Below the pieces are notes generated by a model. It was not told the origin of the DNA, did no database searches, and saw only the letters and a program-made list of their open reading frames with translations. This document shows positions 31,072 to 43,640 of a stretch of DNA of 64,000 bases, one piece after another (within the stretch, counting starts at the first letter, position 1; every line of letters begins with the position of its first letter). Both the position numbers and the translations under genes were made by a program. Location of the stretch: assembly GCF_009914755.1 (NCBI RefSeq), contig NC_060933.1; one strand, written 5' to 3'. The stretch is from the human T2T-CHM13v2.0 reference genome, Homo sapiens.

Positions 31072-33030
31072 GAATGATAAATAGGTTAGAGGATAAATGA
31101 AGATTAAATAATGTTAAACATCAACCAAGTTCTTAGAACAACGCCTTACACATCAAAAAAATAAAATAAAAAGGTATTTTTATTATTTAGATTAGACCTT
31201 AGCTGCTACCATGTTATTTATAAAAGTAGGGAGATAATAATATTTTCATGTTACAGTAAAGGAAACCTCTATGTAAAGTGTGATTTCTCTAAATCTGAGA
31301 ACATTTTCAAAGGATGTATTCAGTATTCAAAATCCCTGCCAAAAGTTTACTCTTTTGACTCCTACACGTGTTTCTTTCTTAATTTTGAGGTTTTATTAAG
31401 AAATTATTATTTGAATAAGGACATGAAATTCTTAATATTACCAGGACAAATAACAGACATTTTTATATAGGACCAAACTTCTGAATTTGAAAGTCTTTTA
31501 TGGGTCCAGTCTCCAGGAGAGGAGACCACCGTATTGCTAAACCTTAGAGTGTAATTTAAAAAGTCAGTGATAAAGACAATGGTGACAACATCCAATACCA
31601 AGAGCATGATGCATGCTGTACCCTTTACTCTCTTGAAATGCCTTAATTAAAAAGAGGGTTCATTCATGCATCCATTATTACTCATTAGAATCAAGTTTGT
31701 CTTTTAGTAAACCATGTGGTACATTATTTTCTACAACTCATAAAAAACACCTTATTCTCACTTTTTTGACATAAATCAATGCGTGATGTGAGAAAGTGAA
31801 GATTTCAATAATATTTCTACTCTTATTTAATTTTGTATTAAATAGACCATTTTTAGAGCAGTTTTAGGTTCACAGTGAAAATCTGCAGACAGTAGAGAGT
31901 TCCCGTAAACCAGCTGCTTCTCCCACCACACACAACCTCCATAACTATCAACATTTCACTCCCCAGTAGTACACTGGTTACAACTGAGAAACCTGTGTAG
32001 ACACATCATTATCACCCGAAGTTCATAGTTTATTTTAGGATTCACCCTTGGCACTGTACATTCTTTGGGTTTTGAGAAATGTATAATGACATGCATTCAC
32101 TATTGTAGTATCACACAGCACAATTCCACTACCCTAAAAATCCTTTGTACTCTGCCTATTCACCCCTTCCTCCTCTAACCTTAGCAACCACTGAAATTTT
32201 TATTGTCTCCATAGTTCTGCATTTTCCAGGATGTCATACCATTGGAATCACATAGTATGTAGCCCTTTCAGATTGACTTCTTTCACTCAGTAGTATGGGT
32301 TTAAGGTTCCTCCATGTCTTTTTGATGGCTTGATAGCTCATTTCCTTTTATCACTGTATAGTACTCCATTGTCTGAATGTGCCACCATATTTTTATCCAT
32401 TTACTTATTGAAGGGCATCTTGGGTGCTCCCAGCTTTGGGTAAGTATGAATAAAGCTGCTGTAAACATTCACGTGCAGGCTTTTATGTGGACATAATTGC
32501 TCAACTCACTTGGGTAATTAGCAAGGAATGTGATTGTTGGATCATGTAGTAAAAGTATGTTTGGTTTTGTAAGGAACTGCCAAATTCTCTGCCAAATTGA
32601 CCATAACATTTTGCATTTTCTCTAGAAATGATTGAGACTTCCAGAGTCTCCACATCCTCATTAGCATTTGGTATTGTCAGTATTTTGGATTTGGCCATTC
32701 TAATAGGTGTGTAGTGGCATCTCGTTGTATTAGAGAATTTGGAATTCCCTAATGATATATGATGTTGAACATCTTTTTGTATGCTTATTTGAAATTTGTA
32801 TATAATTTTTGACAAGATATCTATGATCTTTGGCCTATTTTTTAATAGAATTTTTCATTTTCTCATCGTTTCAAGAATTTTTGTGTACATTTAAGAAAGT
32901 AGTCCTTTATCAGCTACATCTTTTGCAAAAATTTTCTCCCAGTCTGTGGCTTATATTCTCATTCTCTTGACATTGTCTTTCACAGAACATGGCTTCTTAA
33001 TTTTAATAAAATTCAGCTTATCAAAAAAAA
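31072..33030 (+). other. L1-mediated 3' transduced segment (~1.95 kb) with its own AATAAA and poly(A)
   Basis: Lies between the L1 poly(A) and a second AATAAA (33005-33010) plus A-run (33023-33036); whole unit bounded by aaaaaaggagacaata (30706-30721) and aaaaaaggagagaata (33031-33046). Confidence 0.88.
31822..33022 (-). mobile_element. L1MC1/2-type 3' end carried within the transduced segment
   Basis: ttttagagcagttttaggttcacag...acacatcattatcacccgaagttcatagttta...ggccattctaataggtgtgtagtggcatctc; ends abruptly at the poly(A). Confidence 0.88.
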
Positions 33031-33981
33031 AAAAAAGGAGAGAATAATATAAGTAAACCCCTGCCCCCTGTGCCCATCATCCACCTTCAAAAGTTATTAA
33101 TTCAGGGACCATGTTGTTTCAGTTTCAAACCTCTTTTCTTCCAACTTTTTGTTCTTTTGAAGCAAATCCCAGACACCCTATTATTACATCTACAAATACT
33201 TCAGTAGGTATTTCTAAAAGATAGTCTTCAGAGGTTTCTGTTTTCTAATGTCATCAAATTTTTAAAATCAATTTATTTTATTTTGGATTCTGGTTTTTGG
33301 GATATATTCAAGGTCAAATTATTTTTAAAATATATTTACAATTTTTCAGGTATTGCCTTGTTTTTAATATTTAAATATTTAATCTTTTTCAAAATTACTG
33401 TGGGACAAGAAGCAAGATGGGGACATAGTATTATATCCCTATCTCCCAATACCATTTATTAAATATTTTCCCCAACTAAGGTAAAACATTTCCCCCAATT
33501 TTTATTATATAAAAAACTTCCAACTTACTTAAGATGGCTTCTGCATTGATCCACTAGTCTATCAGTGATTTCTCCATCAGTAAATACCATAATGTTTTAA
33601 TTTATGTTACTTTCTACAAAATTTTAGTAACTGGTATGATGTTTTTCCTCATTAGACCTTTTTCCTAATTTTTAAGCTATTGTAACCTTATTCATCCAAA
33701 TTAATTTTTTTAAATAATTTTGTTCCATTCTCTAAAATCTTGTTGTGCTTTTAACTGGTAATTCATTTGTATTATAGATTAATTTAGGGACAATCATTAT
33801 TTTCTAAAATTGAATTTTTCTAACCAAAAATAAGTGGCCTCTTCATTTATTCAAGTCTTTGTCAATCAGTAGTGTTCTCCAGGATTCATACAGGTCCTAT
33901 CATTTTCTTTATAAGTTAGCTAGTTTATGCTTTTTTACTGCTATCATGAATCAAACCTTTTAAAATATTTTCTAGTTGATT

Positions 33982-34695
33982 TTTATATATAAGAAGCAGG
34001 TTGAAGATACTTCTTATATATCTTATATACATAAGATATATATATCTTATATATATCTTATATCTTATATATATATGATATATATATCTTATATAGATAA
34101 GATATATATATAAGATATATATCTTATATAGATAAGATATATATATCTCATATATATAAGATATATATATCTCATATATATCTCATATATATAAGATATA
34201 TATATCTCATATATATCTTATATATAAGATATATATATCTCATATATATCTTATATATAAGATATATATATCTCATATATATCTTATATATATCATATAT
34301 ATCTTATATATCTTATATATATAAGATATATATATATCTTATATGTCTTATATATATATCTTATATATATAAGATATATAAGATATATATATATCTTATA
34401 TATATGAGATATATATCCTATATCTCATATATATGATATATATCTTATATATATCAGATATATATATAAGATATATATGATATATATCTTATATATATAT
34501 CTGATATATATAAGATATATATCAGATATATATCATATATATCTTATATATATATCTATATAAGATATATATAAGATATATATGATATATATGATATATA
34601 TCTATATATATCAGATATATATATATAGATATATATATATCTTATATATATCTATATATATAAGAAGTATCTTCAACCTACTTCTTATATATAAA
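33982..34695. repeat. AT-rich quasi-palindromic array with ~39-bp inverted terminal arms
   Basis: Left arm tttatatataagaagcaggttgaagatacttcttatata, right arm tatataagaagtatcttcaacctacttcttatatataaa (1 mismatch); interior of (TA)n with mutually complementary aag/ctt, ctc/gag, cag/ctg interruptions. Confidence 0.95.
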
Positions 34696-34762
34696 TAATA
34701 ATAGATAAATAGATTTGTCTCTGTGCCAACTGTAACTGTTTTTATTTTTTCAATCTCTTTCT

Positions 34763-35045
34763 TTTCTTTCTTTCTTTTTTTAAATTGAGGTCCACTCTAT
34801 TGCCCAGGCTGAGTGCAGTGGTGTAATCACAGCTCACTGTAACCTCCACCTCCTGAACTCAAGCTTCACCCTCCCAAGTGGCTGGGACTATAGGCACTTG
34901 CCACTATGCCTGGATTTTTTTTTTTTTATTTTTTTGTAGAGACAGGGTCTCATTATGTTGCCCAGGATGGTCTCAAACTCCTGGACTTAAGCAAAGCTCC
35001 TCTCAAAGCACTGGGATTACAGGCATGAGCCACCATCCCCAGGCC
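34763..35045 (-). mobile_element. AluJ with small internal deletions
   Basis: Antisense Alu; TSD tcaatctctttct (34750-34762) / tcaacctctttct (35046-35058). Confidence 0.9.
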
Positions 35046-35514
35046 TCAACCTCTTTCTAATTGTGATATTCTTGACCTGAGGGTTCAAGAGTACTGAGTT
35101 TTGAGTACTGTCAAGTGAACAAACAAACAAAAAATGGACCAGGGATAGGGCTATTGTAATTATCTGGACACAGAACATCAGTCAAAAGGTTTAGCTCTGC
35201 TAGGTGGAGAGGCAGAGAGCCAGACAATAGTAGGTCAATGAGTACATAAAACAACATTATTTATTATTTATGAAGAAAAAGAGAATTCAAGAAGCTTGTC
35301 ATAGTTAATTCCCTGCTTAAGAAATGCCAACAGTGGAAGGCAGCATTGGAAATGTCGAAGTAGCCCTGAACCTGGGAAAGAGTGAAGGGAAAATAGCCAC
35401 AGCTCTCCTTCCCATGGCTCATTAATAAATTAGCCATGGTGGACCATCACTCAATTCCCTTAGTGAAGCAGGACTTCATTATAACCTGCTGTGTTGATGT
35501 GACACAGCCAATTC

Positions 35515-35712
35515 CAGAGCTGGAATAGATGTTAGAACATCTCATTAAAACTCCTTATATTTTTACGGGAGGGAAATGAGGTTTAGAGAAAACAATAGAC
35601 TTGTCCATGGTCACACAGCTAGTTGGCAGTGGACTCAAGTTTTTCTGGATCTAGACTAGTCTGGGTCTCCAGGCATCAGGTGCAGAGTTCTGTTCTTTGT
35701 ACCATGCTGCTT
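35515..35712 (-). mobile_element. MIR/MIR3
   Basis: attttacgggagggaaatgaggtttagaga...gacttgtccatggtcacacagctagttggcag. Confidence 0.75.
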
Positions 35713-36859
35713 CAATGAATTTAGATTTGAGATTTCAGGGGATTTAAAAAATTTCTAGCTTAATATTCAGTCTAGTGGGCTAAAATGTTTCTGCTGTATT
35801 GCAATACATACAGCCTTGTGTTTAAAAAGACTTTACTCTGTATATTACTTATGAATATAACTGAGAGCACCTAAAGGGAAGTTGGTTTTCAGACAAAATG
35901 CAATTTCAGAGATTTGCACATGACTTCTCTTGGCAGAGATGTGAACAAGTACAGGGAGTCTGGGTATAACGTGATCAGGCAGCTCAGTTTTAACAAGAGT
36001 GACGCACAGTAGGAACACCACTGAACCCTTTATAAACTCTTTATAAATCACGAATTTTATAACATAAATGAATGCCATAACATATAGTTTATAAAGCATA
36101 GAACTCAATAAGCTTTTCGTTCTTATTTAATTTGTTTGCAATTATATGTGGCCATTAGATAAACGGAAGAAGCTTGGTGATAGACTCCTTGGAGCTGACA
36201 GGCAATCTCTAGATGTGGTTAATTAGGAATGAGATCAGAGGTCTTTCATGGTAAAATATGATAATTTTGAAAAATAAATGAAAGAAAATTGTTATTACCT
36301 ATGATTCATTGCATTACCTATGATTCAGGCACTGCATAATATCAATCAACTTAACAGGCGGCAAACCAGAGCCACTCACAGTTCTGAAAGAATGAACGTA
36401 ACTCCCTCAAGGCTACTGTGTATGCAGTACCCTGTTCACCAAAGCACTCAGTGATTTGATACAAATCTGTTGAGGTGAAAAGAACTCCTTGGAAATACTC
36501 CACTGGGAAATATGTATATGGCTTGATGGCTTTCCAGAATTTCAAAACCACTGATGGCCTATGAATCTGACCTAGAAGCATCTATGCTTTAAAAGATATA
36601 GAAAAAAAGGAATGAAACTTAATTTTCCTTCCCAAACTCAACTCCTGACTTGCTATGAAGTCTACTGTTTCTAACATAACTGCAAGCTGTTCACCTGTAC
36701 GTAAAGAATAACCTTACTTCGGGCTAAAATATATTAAGGAATCATTGGCTTTTGTTTTTATTTTTCCAAGAAAGTATAAAAGGAAGCTTAACATGGATTT
36801 TGAGTGTATGCTGACTTTCATTAAGTTATATTGCCTTTGCATGAGGTTGCAATAGAGAA

Positions 36860-37235
36860 TTGAAGAGCTGGAAAAGATCTCTAATATCATCTCTTCCAGT
36901 GGGCTCAACTACTAACCACCAGCGGAGGGAGGTGGTGTACATGGGTAAGGCCTTGAATCCCACAACCACCCACATTTCAAGCAAAGCAACTCTGCTTTAA
37001 GATTTTATTTGTTTATAATCCCAAGAACACTTATTTAAAGAAGTGGTTCTGTAAGTATAAAAAACTGAGTTTGAAATCACTGAATCAGTCCAACACTCTT
37101 CTTTCAGGAGAAAATACTGACACTAAGAGAGAGAGAGAAGCATGATTTGCCAAATAGTAAGTGAGCAACAGTATCTGGACTCAGATTGGTACCTCCCATT
37201 CCTTGTTCAGGGATTGTCCAGCAGGTCATGCTGCC
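36860..37235 (-). mobile_element. MIR3-like element apparently interrupted by a hAT-Charlie-type MITE (~36897-37083)
   Basis: agagctggaaaagatctctaatatcatct [cagtgggctcaac...gtttgaaatcactg] agtccaacactcttctttcaggagaaatactga. Confidence 0.5.
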
Positions 37236-38259
37236 TGCTGGTAAGGTGTTTAAATGCCAAGGGCCCTAAGGTTATGGCCGAGTTTCTACAGACTGTGGCA
37301 TAATGGAGTTTCTGTCCCTCCTAGACTCTTTATTATCCTCTGCCATATCCTCTCTAACACATCTAGGAGTTGAGGACCTCTTATGGCATAATAATGCCTC
37401 AGAGTTTCGCTCTGAGAAGATATCAATATTACGAGGAGATTTGTTTGTCAGTAAAGGATCTACGGTGAAAAATTTGAGGATTCACAGTTGGGCTCCCAGT
37501 GTAGAACCGGGAAAAGATCAGGTTCTCTCCATTCTTGGCTACAAAGGACAGTGGTAAGAGTGAGCCAGGACCCTGGTGGAGGAAGGAGAGGGTATGAAAG
37601 GGAAGAACAGAGGAGCATAAAGGTTAAAGGGAACTGTAGGTGCTCATTTGAAGCAAATCCATCAAATAGGAAAGCAGCCTGAGAATACAGGTAATGGAAT
37701 GTTCTGTACTATCTTTTGGCCTCCAAGTGTGTTTAACACTGAGTCTAAGAATACTACACAACTTTCCAGGTTAAAGACCTTGGTGTGAATTTCACTATGT
37801 GACTAAGAAATGTTAACAATTACCCACCCCAAATTTTCCAGTATGTAGATCGTCATTGTATAACCACATTTGCTTATCGTTTTTGTAAGTAATGATTAAT
37901 AATAATCTTTATTACTTTTATTACTTTATTACATTTTTTCATTACTATCATTTTTGTCATTCCTGTGACTTACTGAGAAAAGAAACACAAGCTGTCTTAT
38001 AAGAAGATAATAAAGAAAGAACATCATCCCTCAGTCCATACAAAAAGGAAGCCCAGGGGAAATATAGCAGACAACTCAAAATCAAATCTTTGTTTCTGTT
38101 TTCTAGTCCATTGAGAATTATCTAGTCTCTACTTTGTCTGTTACAGTTTTGAGAGGCAACTATTCTGTCCCTCAAAACATAACAGGGAATGAACCATCAT
38201 TCTCTGGATTCAACCTCAGAGACTTAGTCTTCTCAATTACTTTTACTAGTGAGATTTTA

Positions 38260-38442
<183 letters not shown>

Positions 38443-38449
38443 TATTTCA

Positions 38450-41400
38450 TTCTCAAACACAGAATATTATAATATTGTGATGGTGGCATGTAAACCACTT
38501 ATAAGCCCAGCATATAATTCAACAAACAAAAGCATTAAGAATAACTATAGCCACAAAAATTCTATTGAATATACAATATAAAAAGAGGTAAGCCCTGTAT
38601 CAGTAGCATCAAGTGAGGGAAGGAGAATAAAAGTGTAGAGTTTGCCTATGCAATCAAAGTTAAGTTATGAGCTTAAAATAGGCTGTAATAACTATAAGAG
38701 GTTCAAAGCAAAATTCATGGTAACCATAAAGGAAAAACCTACAGGAGATACAAAAAAAAATAAAGAGAGAAGAATCAGAGCATATCACCACAAAAAATCA
38801 AACCACTAAGAAAAATAGCAAGAGAAGAAAAGAGAAATAAGAGAACTACAAAATAGAAAACAGTTAACAAAATGGCAATAGAATTTAGCTATCAACAATA
38901 CTTCAAATGTAAGTGGATTAAACTCATCAATCAAAAGACAAGAGTGTCTGAATGGATAAAAAAAAAAGTTCCAACTATAAGGTGTCTATAACATACTCAC
39001 TTCAAATTTAAGGACACACAAGGCAGAAAGTGAAGGAATAGAAAAAGATATTCCATGCAAATGGTAACCTAAAAGAGTAGAGATTGGCTGTATTATATCA
39101 GATCAATAGATTTCAAGTCAAAATATTTCAAAAGAGACAAGGAATGTTACTATATTATGATAAAAGTGTCAATGTAACAATGATAAATATATATTCACCC
39201 AACTTCAAAGTACCTAAATATTTAAAGGAAACACTGACAGATATAAAGTTGAAATAGACGGCAATGCAATAATTGTAGAAGACTTTGATACCCCCATTTC
39301 AGTAACAGATCATCCAGACAAAAAATCCATAAGGAAATAATAGGCTTGGACAACACTATAGACCAAATGGACCTAAGAAACACATGTGGAACATTTCCCC
39401 AGCAACAGCAGAATATAATTTCTTCTCAAGCACCCAGGGAACATTTTCCAGACAGATCACATACTAAGTCACAAAACAAGTCTCAATAAATTTTAAAGGA
39501 TTAAAATCATCCCAAATATATTTTCAAACCAAAATAGAATGAAACTAGATATTAATAATGTAAGGAAAATGGGAAAATTCACCAATACCTGAAAATTAAC
39601 ACAGTTATGAACACCCATTGACTCAAAGAAGAAATAAAAAGAGAAATGAGAAAATATTTTGAGACAAATGACAACACAACATTGAAAAATGTATGGGATG
39701 CAGCAAATGCAGTACTAAGAGGGACATATACAGTGATAAACACCTGCTTTTTTTTTTTTTTTTAAAAAAAAAGGAAGATTTCAAGTAAGCTACCTAACTT
39801 TGTACCTGAAAGCACTAGTAAGAGAACAAACTAAAGTTAGCCAAAGGAAAGAAATGATCAAATTTAGAGCAGAAATAATGAGTAGAAAATGGAAAAACAG
39901 TAGAAAAAATCTACAAAACAGAGTAGTTTTCTTTAAAGATAAAACAATGACAACCTCTAGCTAGACTAATTTTTTTAAAAAAGAGAAGATTCAAATACAA
40001 TTAGAAATATAAAAGAAGATATTACAATTGATTCCACAGAAATAAGGGATTATTACGAGCAATTATATGCCAATAAATTAGATGGCCTAAATGAAATGGA
40101 TAAATTCATAGAAACATACAACCCATCAGGATTGAATCAAGAATTATTAATAGCTTCGACAGTCCAAAAATAATCAAGATAGAATCAGTAATTGAAAACC
40201 ACCCAACAAAGTAAAGTCTAGAACCAAATGGCTTCACATTGAATTCTATCAAACATTTAAAGAAGAATTAATAGCAATCCTTTTACAACTCCTCTGAAAA
40301 ACAGAAAAAGAGAGCACACTTCTGAACTTATGTTAAGAGGCCAGCATTACTCTGATATGAAAGCCAGACAAAGACACCACATGAAAAGAAAACTATAATC
40401 CAATATCTCTGATAATCATAGATGCAAAAGTCCTCAGGAAAATACTAGCAAATTGAATTTAATAGCACATTAAAAGGATAATACATCATAATCAATTAAT
40501 GGGATGCAAGGACGGGTCAATATGCAAATCAATCAATTGCTACATCACATTATTGAAAATGAATAAAAGAATGAAGAATAAAAATCATGATCATCTCAAT
40601 AAATGCAGAAAAAGCATTTGACAAAATTCAACATCTTTTCATGATAAAAACTCTTCACAAATTAGGTAAAGAAGGAATACACTTCAATACCATAAATATG
40701 ACAAACACACAGCTAACATCATATCCAATGATGAAGAACTGAAAACTTTTCCTCTAAGATGAGAAACAAGGAAAGTATGCCTACTCTCACCACTTCTATT
40801 CAACATATTATTGGAAGCCCTAGCCAGAGCATTTTAGACAAGAAAAAGAAATAAAAGGCATCCAAATAAGAAAGGAAGTAGTAAAATTATCTCTGAAGAT
40901 GGCACGATGACCCTAAAGTCTTCATTAAAGAAAGAGTTAGAACTAATAATTCAGTAAATTTGCAGGATACAAAATCAATATACAAAAATCAGTAGCATTT
41001 CTTTATGCTAATGAACTACCCAAAAAATTAAAACAAAAATCTCATTTATGATAGTATCAAAAAGAATAAATACTTAGGAATAAATTTAACCAAGGAGGTG
41101 AAATCTCTATACACTGAAAGCTATAAAATATTGATGAAAGAAATTAGAGAAGACAGAAAAAATGAATAGAAAGATGTCTCATGTTCATAGATTGGAATAA
41201 TTAATATTGTCAAAATATCCATACTACTCAAGGTGATCAACAGATGCAATCCCTGCAAAAATGCCAACAACATTTCTAAAAAAATGGAAATAAGAATCCT
41301 AACATTGATGTAGAACTACAAGCCTTTGAATAGCCAAAGCAATCTTGAGCAAGAATAATAAAGCAGCAGACTGCTGATTTCAAAATATGAAGCTACAGTA

Positions 41401-42982
41401 GTCAAAACAGTATGGTATTGGCATAAAAACAGAATAGAGAGCCCAGAAATAAACCCACACATTGACAGTAAACTGATCATGGTCAAGGGGGCAAGCATAC
41501 ACAATGGAAAAAGGATAGTCTCTTCAATAAATGGCTTTGGGAAAATAATATTTGTATGCTAAAGAATGTAATTGAACCCTTATCTTATACATATCCAAAA
41601 ATTAACTCCAAATGGATTAAGGGCTTAAATGTAAGACCAAAACCTCTAAAATTCTTAGAAGAAAACAAAGGAAAACTTATTGACATTGGCATTGGCAATG
41701 ATTACTTGGATATGACTAGTGACAAAAGCAAAAATACACAAATGTGATTATATCAAACTGTAAATCTTTTGCACAGCAAAGGAAACAATCAGCAAAGTGA
41801 AAAGGTAAACAACAGAAGAAGCATAAATATTGGCAAATTATATGTCTGCAAAATGCATAAGAACCCTTACCACTCAATAGCAAAGAAACAAGTGATCTGA
41901 TTTAAAAATGAACAAAAGATCTGAATAGACATTTCTCCAAAGAAGACATACAAATGGTTAACAGGTACATGATAAGGTGCTCAACATCACTCATCATCAG
42001 AGAAATGCAAATCAAAACCAAAATGAGACATGACCTAACACTTGTTAGGATGGCTATGACCAAAAAGACAAAGTGAACAAGTGTTTGCCAGGATGTGGAG
42101 AGAAGGGGATTCTTGTACACTGTTAGTGGGAATATAAATTGGTATAGCCACTATGGATACAGTATGGATGTTCCTCAAATAATTAAAATTAGATCTACCA
42201 TATGGTCCAACAATCTCCTTTCTTGGGTGTACACTCAAAAGAATTTGAAATCAGTACCTTGAAGAGCTGTCTGCACTCCCACTTTAATTGCAGCAGTAAT
42301 ACAATGTCAAAGAAATGGAAACAACCTAAATGTCCACCAAGAGACGAATGGATAAAGAAAATGTCTATTTATATATATATATATATATATACATACATAT
42401 ATATATACATATATATATATACATATATATACACACATATATACATATACATACACACACACACAAGAATATTATTTAGCCTTGAAAATGAAGATCCTAC
42501 CATTTACTGCAACATGGATGAATTTGGAAGACATTATGCTAGTTGAAGTAAGCTAGACACAGAAGAACAAATAGTACATGATCCCACTTATATCAAGAAT
42601 ATAAAATAGTCAAACTCAGAAGCAGAGAGTAGAATGGTGGTTTTCAGGGGCTGGAGGTAGGGGAAACTGGAGAGATGTTGCAAAGTATACATAGTTTCAG
42701 TTATGCAAGACAACTAAATCCTAGAGAACTACTATGCAGCGGAGTGCATCTAGTTAACAATATTGTATTATATGCTTAAAATTATGTTTTATGTTAAGTT
42801 CTTATCACACACACAAAAATAAAAAGAGGCCAGAGAGATAAAACTTTAGAGATGATGGTTATGTTAGTGTTTATGGTGATGATTTTGCAGGTGTATATGT
42901 ACTTATCTTCAAACTCATCAAGGTGTATATATTAAATATGTACAGGTTTGCGTACATCAGTCATACCTCAATTAAGAGAAAA
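38450..42982 (+). mobile_element. L1MB1-3-type element: inter-ORF region, essentially complete degenerate ORF2 (from ~38872), 3'UTR
   Basis: Endonuclease, RT (tgatcatctcaataaatgcagaaaaagcatttgacaaaattcaacatc) and C-terminal motifs in order; 3' end atcaaggtgtatatattaaatatgtacag...tacctcaattaag. Confidence 0.93.
42370..42464. repeat. (TA)n/(CA)n compound microsatellite inside the L1
   Basis: tatatatata...tacatatata...cacacacaca. Confidence 0.95.
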
Positions 42983-43489
42983 AGGTCTCAGCTGCACAGA
43001 AGTGAGTCTGATCAAGATTCTAACTCCCATCTTATCAGTTGTGGTCCCTCATACACCCATGGTGATGACCCCAGAATCCCATAGATAGATGGTGACCATT
43101 TTACAAGCACTCCACCAGGGTCAGAGGAGAACAAGAGGCTCAAGACGCTGTGAGCCTGAGGACTTAGTGGCTGTTCTTCAAATATCCTAGGGACACAGAT
43201 AATTTAAGAGGGCTCCTTATTTAGGACTCTCAAAACCTCTTACCAAATGTGAGCCATGCTGGATGTTTGAGATGGAATAAAAGGAGTGGATGTGGGACTA
43301 TGGGACACAGCCAAATTCCCAAGAAGAGAGCCAGAGTTGTGGCTGAGACCCAACCCTTGCCAGTGGAATTCAAAGGCCAGTGGTTGAGCAATGCTTTCTT
43401 GGCTTATTCAAAAAGGTGGTGAAAGCTTGGTGCCAAAGTACCACCGTCAGCACCAACATCTTTACTATGGTGCATTATTCACTTACTCC

Positions 43490-43640
43490 AGCTAGACCCT
43501 ATTCAAAGCACACACTTTATACAAAGAAACCCATGAGGCGTGTATCATTTTCTCCATTTCACAGAGGAGGAGACTGAGCCCCTGAGAGTCTGGGTGAATT
43601 GCCTAACATCACACAGCTATTAAGGGCAGCCCAGTACTCT
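43490..43640 (-). mobile_element. MIR
   Basis: aacccatgagg...ccatttcacagaggaggagactgag...ttgcctaacatcacacagcta. Confidence 0.75.

Larger units (their letters stand above)
30672..33225 (-). mobile_element. L1MC5/L1ME3-type 3' end fragment split by the L1PA2 insertion (pieces 30672-30721 and 33031-33225)
   Basis: ttattgaaaatttcaaacaaacata...aaaggagacaata | atataagtaaaccc...tgtgcccatcatccaccttcaa...gaagcaaatcccagaca...aatacttcagtaggtatttctaaaagata. Confidence 0.75.
29570..33995 (-). mobile_element. Ancient L1ME-type element in pieces (29570-30438, ~30655-30670, ~33230-33995); host of several insertions
   Basis: cattatttgtctataccataatgtatttagccagctccctattgat; ttaatctttgccaatctgatgggtgaa; tatagattaatttagggacaat; cttcatttattcaagtctt. 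Confidence 0.7.

Noticed and set aside
31072-31175. Second A-rich tract suggesting a serial (two-step) transduction
   Set aside because: The segment resembles a MIR 3' end (aagttcttagaacaacgccttacacat), whose terminus can be A-rich, and there is no well-spaced poly(A) signal. It cannot be resolved without the donor locus.
33982-34695. AT array as a MITE with terminal inverted repeats
   Set aside because: The arms match no transposon TIR I know, appear continuous with the host L1ME sequence, and enclose only simple repeat
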